Assembly: GCA_902785925.1 (NCBI GenBank)
Contig: CADAAI010000012.1
Span: 2,179 to 66,178 of the forward strand
Source of the DNA: an uncultured Bacteroidales bacterium
GTDB taxonomy: Bacteria > Bacteroidota > Bacteroidia > Bacteroidales > Muribaculaceae
Direction: 5' to 3'
Length of the DNA: 64,000 bases
Shown: positions 19,807 through 27,695 of the stretch, in pieces
How positions within the stretch are numbered: position 1 is the first letter of the stretch
How the letters are laid out: each line of letters starts with the position of its first letter
Position numbers and translations under genes: made by a program
Notes under the pieces: generated by a model
What the model was told of the DNA's origin: nothing
The model's database searches: none
Seen by the model: only the letters and a program-made list of their open reading frames with translations

Positions 19807-22275
19807 ATGGCAAAGAAAAACCAAGAAGCCCGTAACCGTAAGATTGTGAAATGGATGTGGCGATGCTTAGCATTGTTCTTCATTGGTGTTCTGGGAATCT
19901 TTTTCCTTATATATAACGGCATCATAGGCTACATGCCACCAGTTGCCGAACTTCGCAACCCGACCGACAACTTTGCATCCACGATGTATACTGCCGACGG
20001 TGTTGAGATGGGAAAGATATTCCAGAGTAAGGGCAACCGTTTCTATGTGGAGTTTGATCAACTGTCGCCTTATCTGAAGGATGCTCTAATTGCTACTGAG
20101 GACGAGCGTTACTTCGACCACTCAGGTATCGACGCTACTGCGATAGGCCGTTCAATAATCAAGCGCATCATTATGGGTCGCACATCGGCAGGTGGCGGTA
20201 GTACCATTACCCAGCAGCTTGCCAAGCAGCTCTACACGCCATCGTCGAAGAACATCTTTGAGCGTGCGTTGCAAAAACCCATTGAGTGGGTAATCGCGAT
20301 GAAGCTTGAGCGTTATTTTACCAAGAATGAGATAATGCAGATGTACTTCAATCAGTTTGACTTCCTCAACAATGCCGTTGGAATCAAGAGTGCTGCCTAT
20401 GTCTATTTTGGCAAGGACTCGCCAAGTGAACTCAACCTGCAAGAGGCGGCACTGCTGGTGGGCATGTGCAAGAACCCATCGTATTACAATCCACTGCGCT
20501 ATCCCGAGCGTGCCAAGAGCCGTCGCAACCTGGTATTAGAGAAGATGGCCGAGGCAGGGTACCTTACTCAGGCCGACTGCGAGAAGGCCAAGCAGACTGA
20601 GATAGTGCTTGCTTATCACAAGGTGAGCCACAACGAGGGTTTCGCTCCTTATCTGCGCGAGGAGGTGAAGCGCATGATGATGGCAAAGCGTCCTGTGTAT
20701 AAAGACTATCCCACTTGGAACAAGAACGCCTTTTATGACGACTCGGCCCAGTGGGTGGACAACCCCTTATATGGCTGGTGCAACAAGAACCATAAGGCAG
20801 ATGGCCGTCCTTACAACATCTACACCGATGGTCTTAAGATTTACACCACTATCGACAGTAAGATGCAGACCTATGCCGAGCAGGCTGTAAAGGAACATCT
20901 GATTTCGTTGCAGAATACCTTCTGGCACGAACACGGCATCAGCACTGGCGAGGGTGGCAACAAGGACCCATACACTAGTAGCCGCAGTGAGTTGCCACAG
21001 TCACTTAAGGAGCGCTTGATTAAGAATGCCATCTATGGTTCTAATCGTTTCCGTGCCCTCAAGGCCAAGGGAATGACTGATCAGGAGATCATGAGCGACT
21101 TCAATACTAAGCAGCCCATGACCGTCTTCGACCTTCAGAACGGCGAGCGTACCCTCAACATTACACCTCTCGACTCGTTGCTCTATGCTAAGAGCATTTT
21201 GCGTTGCGGCATGATGTCGATGGATCCAAGGACCGGATATGTGAAAGCCTACGTTGGCGGTCCCGACTTTGACCATTTCTCATATGATATGGTGTCGGTG
21301 GGACGTCGACAGATTGGTTCAACAATGAAGCCTTATCTCTACTCTCTTGCGATGGAGAATGGCTATAATCCTTGCGACAAAATCTCTAACGCCCGTATAA
21401 AGATAAATGGTTGGAGTCCACGTGGCGGTGGCGGCGGCGGAATGCTTACCTTGAAGCAAGCCCTCACAACGTCGAACAATACTTGCTCGGCTCGTCTTAT
21501 CGACCTGCTGAAGCCGACCAACTTGGTTAACATGCTCCACAATTATGGCTTGACCAACGATTTCGACACCGTGGCACCCCTTTGTCTGGGTCCATGCGAA
21601 ATCTCGGTGAAGCAACAGGTGAGCGCCTATTCAGTATTTGCCAATCACGGCATGCGTGCCGACCCGATTTTCGTGTCACGCATCTGTGACAGCCACGGTA
21701 ACGTGCTTGCCGAGTTCACTCCACGTCAGAAGGAGGTGCTAAGTGAGGATTCTTACCTGAAGATGCTCACAATGCTCGAGAGCGTTATTAATAACGGTAC
21801 CGGTCGCCGCGTGAGAGGATATGTCAACAACATTGAGATGGGTGGTAAGACAGGAACCACCAACCGAAACAGTGACGGTTGGTTCATGGCATTTACTCCA
21901 CAGCTCGTGACTGGAGTGTGGGTAGGCGGTGAGGAACGCTACATACGCTTCTACAGTGGTGGCATTGGCCAAGGTGCAGGACAGGCCCTTCCTATATGGG
22001 GTAAGTACATGAAACTAGTGCTTGCCGATGGCGACAATCCTTATTCAAGTAGTGCATCATTTAAGGTGCCAAGCGACTACGACTTCTGCTACCGTGAGCG
22101 TGGATTGCAGTCGGAAGAGGATGCTGCTATGTGGGCTAACAGGGGCGGTCAATATCGAGGTCCTGCTCGCAGTTATACAGGTGGTGGATCGCAGGAAGGC
22201 TCGCAAGGAGCCGACCAGGCTTCGCATGCCCAAGAGCCGCATCAGGCCGAAGCCATGCAAGGCGTCTTTGATTAG
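19807..22275 (+). CDS. mrcA: Penicillin-binding protein 1A (bifunctional transglycosylase/transpeptidase)
   Basis: 822 aa with an N-terminal membrane anchor. GT51 motifs (ATEDERYFDHSGID, GGSTITQQLAK) and the transpeptidase SxxK (GSTMKP). Confidence 0.9.
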   Translation: MAKKNQEARNRKIVKWMWRCLALFFIGVLGIFFLIYNGIIGYMPPVAELRNPTDNFASTMYTADGVEMGKIFQSKGNRFYVEFDQLSPYLKDALIATEDERYFDHSGIDATAIGRSIIKRIIMGRTSAGGGSTITQQLAKQLYTPSSKNIFERALQKPIEWVIAMKLERYFTKNEIMQMYFNQFDFLNNAVGIKSAAYVYFGKDSPSELNLQEAALLVGMCKNPSYYNPLRYPERAKSRRNLVLEKMAEAGYLTQADCEKAKQTEIVLAYHKVSHNEGFAPYLREEVKRMMMAKRPVYKDYPTWNKNAFYDDSAQWVDNPLYGWCNKNHKADGRPYNIYTDGLKIYTTIDSKMQTYAEQAVKEHLISLQNTFWHEHGISTGEGGNKDPYTSSRSELPQSLKERLIKNAIYGSNRFRALKAKGMTDQEIMSDFNTKQPMTVFDLQNGERTLNITPLDSLLYAKSILRCGMMSMDPRTGYVKAYVGGPDFDHFSYDMVSVGRRQIGSTMKPYLYSLAMENGYNPCDKISNARIKINGWSPRGGGGGGMLTLKQALTTSNNTCSARLIDLLKPTNLVNMLHNYGLTNDFDTVAPLCLGPCEISVKQQVSAYSVFANHGMRADPIFVSRICDSHGNVLAEFTPRQKEVLSEDSYLKMLTMLESVINNGTGRRVRGYVNNIEMGGKTGTTNRNSDGWFMAFTPQLVTGVWVGGEERYIRFYSGGIGQGAGQALPIWGKYMKLVLADGDNPYSSSASFKVPSDYDFCYRERGLQSEEDAAMWANRGGQYRGPARSYTGGGSQEGSQGADQASHAQEPHQAEAMQGVFD

Positions 22276-22301
22276 TGCCTTGCATTAGTAAGAAAAGACA
22301 T

Positions 22302-22337
22302 TTTAGCCCAATGGAAATGTGCCTCCATTGGGCTAAA
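22302..22337 (+). terminator. Hairpin downstream of the PBP1A gene
   Basis: Perfect 14-bp stem TTTAGCCCAATGGA / TCCATTGGGCTAAA with an 8-nt loop. No strong T run follows. Confidence 0.55.
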
Positions 22338-22403
22338 TAGTTAAATAATGTTTAAATTTGGCCTTAAAATGACAATATTTTTTGCCAGAAAGCAGAAATG
22401 TTG

Positions 22404-22411
22404 TAATTTTG
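22404..22411 (+). promoter_or_regulatory. -7 promoter box TAATTTTG for the initiator tRNA
   Basis: Exact TAnnTTTG ending 12 nt before the tRNA 5' end. Confidence 0.6.
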
Positions 22412-22422
22412 CAGTCGCAAAT

Positions 22423-22494
22423 CGCGGGGTGGAGCAGTGGTAGCTCGTTGGGCTCATAACCCAGAGGTCGTTGGTTCGAATCCGGCCCCCGCCA
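22423..22494 (+). tRNA. Initiator tRNA-Met (anticodon CAT)
   Basis: Cloverleaf folded by hand and near-identical to the E. coli tRNA-fMet layout: CGCGGGG acceptor with a 1:72 mismatch (C:C), three G-C pairs closing the anticodon stem (GGG/CCC), loop CTCATAA, T arm GTTGG-TTCGAAT-CCGGC. CCA is not encoded. Confidence 0.9.
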
Positions 22495-22501
22495 CTAAGA
22501 T

Positions 22502-22546
22502 AAAGAGTCTCAACCGATTAGGTTGAGGCTCTTTAGGTTTTTTATA
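22502..22546 (+). terminator. Intrinsic terminator after the initiator tRNA
   Basis: 14-bp stem AAAGAGTCTCAACC / GGTTGAGGCTCTTT (one G-U pair), loop GATTA, followed by AGGTTTTTT. Confidence 0.75.
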
Positions 22547-22633
22547 AAGGAATAAAAGGAGGAAATGGAATTAAACATTCTCAATCCTCCTATCTCTTAT
22601 CTATTGTCTAATCACTTGCCGCTTGTCATACTT

Positions 22634-24085
22634 TTAAACTCGTTTGCCAATTAGAGTTGCGCTTGTGGCTTTCTCAACAGTGCAAGTCACGAAATCTCCA
22701 ATCTTAGTGTCGCCAGCAGGGAACACGATAACTTTGTTTTGCTGTGTGCGTCCAAACATGTCGTCATGTGAGCGCTTGCTGTAGCCCTCAACGAGAACCT
22801 CAAAAGTCTTACCCACGTCGGCGCGGTTGCTGCACAGCGAAAGTTCGTTTTGCAGAGCAATCATGCGGTTAAGGCGGTCGATTTTCACATCCTCGGGCAC
22901 GTTGTCGGGCAGTCGTTTGGCAGCAAAAGTGCCAGGTCGCTCGCTGTACTTGAACATAAACGACGAGTCGAAACCCACTTCACGCATCAGTGTCAGGGTC
23001 TCCTGGAAATCCTCTTCGGTCTCATCATGAAAACCTGTAAACATATCGGTCGAGATGCCACAGTCGGGCATTGCGGTGCGTATGCGTGCTATGCGGTCGA
23101 GATACCATTCACGAGTGTACTTGCGGTTCATTAGTTTAAGCACCTTGTTGCTTCCACTCTGAACAGGTAGATGGATGTGGTTGCAGATGTTGGCGTGGCT
23201 AGCCATAGTGTCGATTATGGCATCGCTGAGGTCCTCAGGGTTACTGGTGGTGAAGCGTACGCGCATCTTGGGTGCGGCCTCGGCAACCATTGCGAGGAGA
23301 GCCGCAAAATCCACGTTGTCGCAGGTTGTCATACTCCCCCCTGCCCCCTCTATCTTAGAGGGGGAGTTAACGTTAGCTCCTGAGGCTGTCATGTTATCCC
23401 CAGTCTCCTTTGGGGAGTTTTTGTAAAGGTAGGAGTTGACGTTTTGGCCCAGCAGTGTGACTTCCTTGAAGCCTTTGGCTTGGAGGTCGTGGAGTTCGTT
23501 AAGGATGCTCTGAGGCTCGCGGCTGCGTTCGCGTCCGCGAGTGTAGGGCACGATGCAGTAGGTGCAGAAGTTGTTGCACCCACGCATGATAGAGATGAAA
23601 CCACTAGTGCGGCTGCTGCCCAAACGCGTTGGAATAACATCGCGATAGGTCTCGGTGGTTGAAAGCTCTACGTTGATAGCTTTCTCACCATTCTCGGCGG
23701 CGGCAATAAGATTTGGCAGCTCAAGGTAGCTGTCGGGACCAGCTACTAAGTCAACACCATGGTTGTTGATGAGCTCATCTTTCATGCGCTCGGCCATACA
23801 GCCAATGATACCGATAATGAGACGGCGCTGGCGGCGTCGACGCAGTGCATTGAGCGTGTTGAGGCGGGCGAAGATGCGCTGCTCGGCATTGTCGCGCACA
23901 CTACAAGTGTTGATAAAGATGGCGTCGGCGCTATCGAGGTCGTCGGTAGTGCCATAACCAGCCATCTGCATCACCGATGCCACCACCTCGCTGTCGGCAA
24001 CATTCATCTGGCATCCGTAGGTCTCCATAAAGAGCTTCTTGGAGAACTCTCCTCCACCAGCATATTTTAAGTCAAGTTTGTTCAT
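22634..24085 (-). CDS. miaB: tRNA-i6A37 methylthiotransferase MiaB (carries an about 28-30 aa loop insertion)
   Basis: 483 aa. N-terminal MTTase domain (FMETYGCQMN), radical-SAM CNNFCTYC, C-terminal TRAM domain. Extra residues lie between LLGQNVNSY and FAALL. Confidence 0.92.
   Translation of the reverse strand: MNKLDLKYAGGGEFSKKLFMETYGCQMNVADSEVVASVMQMAGYGTTDDLDSADAIFINTCSVRDNAEQRIFARLNTLNALRRRRQRRLIIGIIGCMAERMKDELINNHGVDLVAGPDSYLELPNLIAAAENGEKAINVELSTTETYRDVIPTRLGSSRTSGFISIMRGCNNFCTYCIVPYTRGRERSREPQSILNELHDLQAKGFKEVTLLGQNVNSYLYKNSPKETGDNMTASGANVNSPSKIEGAGGSMTTCDNVDFAALLAMVAEAAPKMRVRFTTSNPEDLSDAIIDTMASHANICNHIHLPVQSGSNKVLKLMNRKYTREWYLDRIARIRTAMPDCGISTDMFTGFHDETEEDFQETLTLMREVGFDSSFMFKYSERPGTFAAKRLPDNVPEDVKIDRLNRMIALQNELSLCSNRADVGKTFEVLVEGYSKRSHDDMFGRTQQNKVIVFPAGDTKIGDFVTCTVEKATSATLIGKRV
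23344..23419 (+). repeat. REP-like C5/G5 hairpin element, copy 2 plus a degenerate second module, embedded in frame in miaB
   Basis: Perfect 8-bp stem CCCCCTCT (23344-23351) / AGAGGGGG (23357-23364), then AGTT. A second module TCCCC (23397-23401) / GGGGA (23412-23416) is followed by GTT. Confidence 0.6.
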
Positions 24086-24114
24086 GATGAAATAATTATG
24101 TGTGTTTGAGCCTG

Positions 24115-24122
24115 CAAAGTTA
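24115..24122 (-). promoter_or_regulatory. -7 promoter box (TAACTTTG on the minus strand) for miaB
   Basis: CAAAGTTA on the plus strand, about 30 nt upstream of the miaB start at 24085. Confidence 0.5.
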
Positions 24123-24206
24123 CTACATTTTTATTAAAGAACAAATGTGAGGAAAAGTGAACGCGTTACAATTGTGTAAAACTCGACTAGTAGCATTTAA
24201 CGAGAT

Positions 24207-25559
24207 TTATTTTGAATTGGTATTGTGTGACTTTTTTATCAATTTTTTGAGTGAGGAGTTGGTGTTGTAGCGTGGGGCAGACTTTTTTTCGCCGAGTTTA
24301 TTGACATTTTGGTTGCATGAATCATATGCATCGCATGCTTCTGACTGTTTACCACTCCTGTCGGAGAGGGAATTAGAATGCTGTGGGTTAAAATTTGTAT
24401 GGTGCTTGGCACTAAAATCAGGAGCGTCTTCATCGTTTGATTTATTGTATAAATTAGATGCGTTGTGTGAATCACATGAATCATGTTTTGAGTGAAGATG
24501 CGCTTGTGGTGCGATTTGTTGAGTGGCCCGTGGGTTGATAATGAAGTCACGGTACTTTTGTTCTCTTTTCACGTCCTCTAGATCTTCCTCTTGATTATAG
24601 ATGTCCAATGGTTGCTGGAGTTTTTTTGCAATGCGTGATACTTGTGCTTGTGAAAGTCCTACAAGAGTTGCGATTTCACGGGTTGAATAGTAGAGACTTC
24701 GGAAGTGTGCAATAGCTTTGTTGCGGTAGTCGTGATTAGAGAAACCATTGTCACGAACCAGTTGCCGCTCATTGGAGTGTCGCTGGAAGTTGGAGAAGAC
24801 GAGGTGCTCTTCGTTGGTAGTGGTTAGTTGCATTGCCATTACTGCATCGTCGCTGAGTATAACAGGTGCCATACGGTTCTTGTGCTGCTTGATGTAATGA
24901 GACTTGCGGTAGGTTGTGGAGTTTCTCCGACTGGTTTCAGATAGCGAAAATACTGAGTCGCAAGAATGCATAATTTCAAAAGCATTTTGCAATTCATCGG
25001 TAGTGGTGAGATCTTTGTTTTTACGTTTGCGTGAATGTGCAAGCAGCAACATCGCCGTGCCATTGTGCTGACAGATTATCCGCAGTCGGTTTAGTGCTTG
25101 TTGCATGCCATTTGGTTTCTTGGTATCGACAAGCAGACTGATGTTGTCGATGATGGCTGCTTGAGTGTTGTGTAATGCAATTGTCTCGGCAATGAAGTTG
25201 ATTTTCTCGTCTGGTGTCAGTTCGTCATCTTCACTAGGAGATGTTGTCTCGAATAGAGGGGTCAATGGATAGACGTTATTCTCAAGGTCAAAGTAGGTGA
25301 CTGTGAGTTTGCGTTCATGCAGTTCTTTGGCAATCTGCATGGCTAGAATGGACTTGCCAACGCAAGGAGTGCCGAAGAGGCATGCCATTTCGCCTTGTGC
25401 CCATAATCCTTGCCATAGGTTGGTTGTGTCGACATCAGTTTTTTGGGAGCCGAAAGTCTCTGTTACAAAGATTGACGGGATAATGTCATTGTAGGTCTTG
25501 TTGTGCTGGATGCGACTGGCGTCGAGTGCATGCTGGAATATTTTTGATTTGTTGCTCAT
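24207..25559 (-). CDS. P-loop NTPase (RecA/KaiC/RepA-like, AAA_25-type) fused to a helix-turn-helix and a low-complexity His/Asn/Ser tail
   Basis: 450 aa. Walker A GTPCVGKS, Walker B-like AAIIDNISLL, HTH-like STREIATLVGLSQAQVSRIAKKL. The gene is visibly more AT-rich than its neighbours. Confidence 0.55.
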   Translation of the reverse strand: MSNKSKIFQHALDASRIQHNKTYNDIIPSIFVTETFGSQKTDVDTTNLWQGLWAQGEMACLFGTPCVGKSILAMQIAKELHERKLTVTYFDLENNVYPLTPLFETTSPSEDDELTPDEKINFIAETIALHNTQAAIIDNISLLVDTKKPNGMQQALNRLRIICQHNGTAMLLLAHSRKRKNKDLTTTDELQNAFEIMHSCDSVFSLSETSRRNSTTYRKSHYIKQHKNRMAPVILSDDAVMAMQLTTTNEEHLVFSNFQRHSNERQLVRDNGFSNHDYRNKAIAHFRSLYYSTREIATLVGLSQAQVSRIAKKLQQPLDIYNQEEDLEDVKREQKYRDFIINPRATQQIAPQAHLHSKHDSCDSHNASNLYNKSNDEDAPDFSAKHHTNFNPQHSNSLSDRSGKQSEACDAYDSCNQNVNKLGEKKSAPRYNTNSSLKKLIKKSHNTNSK

Positions 25560-25853
25560 GGTTATAATGCATTATTATTTTTTTGAGCAAAGATAATGGG
25601 CGGAAGATGATGGAAACAACATTAAAAACGCTGAACAGCAAAACTACATAATGCAAATACTAATACATAATTGCTTTGTATGCTGCATGTTCGTTTCGCT
25701 TAAATTAAAAATGATAATATTAGATATGTTGGGATTAGATTTCGAAGGTCTGCGCTACCAATCAAGTCTCAATTGGGTTATGCGTGTTTTTTCCACACAA
25801 ATGACAGTGAATGTATTAGCGAATTAAAAATCAAATTACCAAATAAGCATAAG

Positions 25854-25881
25854 AAAACCGCCACCAAAAGGAAGCGGTTTT
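25854..25881 (-). terminator. Hairpin terminator after the 25923..26660 gene
   Basis: Stem AAAACCGC / GCGGTTTT with an inner CC/GG pair, located 40 nt downstream of the stop on the minus strand. Confidence 0.55.
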
Positions 25882-25922
25882 ACGTCTTAAGTTTTCAAAA
25901 CCTGATAATTTACTAAAAGATT

Positions 25923-26660
25923 TTATTTGTCTAAATCGTAATAAGTGTACTCAGCAGAACTAACATCTACCCATTTATAACAGATGCGTTTATATCCAAG
26001 TGCCTTAAACATAGGCAACATGCCATTGTGGAATTCAGAGATGTTTCTATTGCTTGCAAAAAGGCCACCAATTAGCCATAGAGTTTTTCCTCCATTTTGA
26101 GTCTTGACCTTGATGTTATCCATCCATAGTTTCTTTTCAAGTAACTTGGTGAACTGATTTCTATAGACATTGACACTATCTATCAGAATCCCCATGGCAT
26201 TGTTTGCATTCCTATTGCCCATCCTAATGATAGTACTATCTGTAACATCTTTGGGAGTCTGTTGAAGAGACAATAATTCCAACTCATGATACCTCTTAAT
26301 GAATACCTCACTCTCGGTCATTGAAGAAGAAGCAAAATAGCCATCAGCTATATTTGTAGAGTCCATTATTGCTTTATCTTTCCATTTTTTGTTTGCTTCA
26401 TTTAATGTACTGGAAATAGCGGTTGAATCGTTTTGGTTAGTTTTATCATCACCAAAGATAACAGCCATTATGCAAATAAAAACAAATAATGCTCCAAGAC
26501 CTATTAGAACCTTTACTCCAGTTGACATTTTCTTCTTGGGTGGAATATGGTTGTATTGATGCTGTGGTTGTTGGTACTGAGGTTGATTCTGTGGAGGCAA
26601 CTGTGGTGGCGATTGAGGAGCCTCAGGCGGTAACTGTGGGGGGACTTGATTTTTGCTCAT
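25923..26660 (-). CDS. Hypothetical single-pass membrane protein with a Pro/Gln-rich N-terminus
   Basis: The ORF opens at a TTG at 26693, but the ATG at 26660 (MSKNQVPPQLPPEAPQSPPQLPPQNQPQ...) is the more likely start. One TM segment (VKVLIGLGALFVFICIMAVIF) and an approx 170-aa C-terminal domain with no motif I recognise. Confidence 0.55.
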   Translation of the reverse strand: MSKNQVPPQLPPEAPQSPPQLPPQNQPQYQQPQHQYNHIPPKKKMSTGVKVLIGLGALFVFICIMAVIFGDDKTNQNDSTAISSTLNEANKKWKDKAIMDSTNIADGYFASSSMTESEVFIKRYHELELLSLQQTPKDVTDSTIIRMGNRNANNAMGILIDSVNVYRNQFTKLLEKKLWMDNIKVKTQNGGKTLWLIGGLFASNRNISEFHNGMLPMFKALGYKRICYKWVDVSSAEYTYYDLDK

Positions 26661-27078
26661 AAAAAAGAATTTAATAATAAAATTTTTGGACAATAATTTA
26701 GTATATATAAAAAAGCGTGAGAGTCTATATTGTTACTCATTCACGCTCTTGAGGTCTACCACAACCCGTCGCTATGAACAAGTAACGTAGACCTCACGCA
26801 GATATGTAACCAAACTCTGCACGTTTGCACAGAGATGTTAATACATATCACGGAGCGTCTATCGTTACTTTGTCTTTGAGCGACTTATGAAAGTGGTAGT
26901 TTCAAGAGCCAAAGAACAAAGCGCCAATATTCGCTTTAATAATATGTCAAGTTTAAGCTATGTGTTACCGTCACTACGGTAGTTGCTAAAACTTTGGTGA
27001 CAAAGTTAGGAATTTTTTTTCAAATTGCAAGGAGAGTGGTGTGAAATATTACTCGGTTTTTTGCGTTTAAAGAAATAA

Positions 27079-27591
27079 ATGAGAATAATGAAGAAAATAT
27101 TGTTGACGATGTTGCTGGGTGCGTGTTGCGCGCTGATGAGCTGCGATAAGATAAATAACGAGTCGCTGCCCAATTATCCCGTGCGCATTGATTTGGGAGA
27201 ATATGGCAAGTGGAACACCTATGGTGTGCACTCGTTAGGGGAGTACCGCATCTTCAACCGCGAGAAAGGATTGCCCTCCAATTTCCCGTATAACGTGAAT
27301 ACTTACACAGGTTTTGGCGGCGTGCTGCTGTTTATGGGTCAGGACCTGAATGGCAATGCATCGCCGTTGGCATTTGACCTATCGTGCCCAGTTGAGCACA
27401 ATGCCGACGTGACAGTGTCGATAGACAGCGACAATCTAGACGCTTATTGCGCTAAGTGCAAATCGCGCTATGATGTGATTACTGGCATGGGTGGTCCAAA
27501 GAGCGGCATGGCAATTGACCGCAAGGTGGGTTTGAACATCTACAAAGTGCGCTCTACAGTCAATGGCGGCTACATCATCACAAATTATTAG
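27079..27591 (+). CDS. Lipoprotein with a Rieske-like C-terminal motif pattern (non-canonical ligands)
   Basis: Lipobox ALMSC. CPVEH-x17-CAKCKSRYDVITG resembles the Rieske boxes CPH.G / CP.HG..FD..TG, with His to Cys and spacing changes. Confidence 0.5.
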   Translation: MRIMKKILLTMLLGACCALMSCDKINNESLPNYPVRIDLGEYGKWNTYGVHSLGEYRIFNREKGLPSNFPYNVNTYTGFGGVLLFMGQDLNGNASPLAFDLSCPVEHNADVTVSIDSDNLDAYCAKCKSRYDVITGMGGPKSGMAIDRKVGLNIYKVRSTVNGGYIITNY

Positions 27592-27661
27592 TTGTCTTGA
27601 TAAAAATGTCAATGATATATAAATCTTTTGCATTATTATAGGTAATGTGAAAGATTTTTTT

Positions 27662-27669
27662 TATTTTTG
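27662..27669 (+). promoter_or_regulatory. -7 promoter box TATTTTTG for the alcohol dehydrogenase cluster
   Basis: Exact TAnnTTTG, 27 nt upstream of the ATG at 27696. Confidence 0.55.
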
Positions 27670-27695
27670 CACTAAATATTTAAAGTAAGAATATT

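Noticed and set aside
22423-27078. Possibility that the AT-rich islet is a tRNA-targeted integrated mobile element
   Set aside because: The tRNA-fMet is separated from the islet by an intact miaB. There is no integrase, transposase or recombinase, and I found no direct repeat of the tRNA 3' end.
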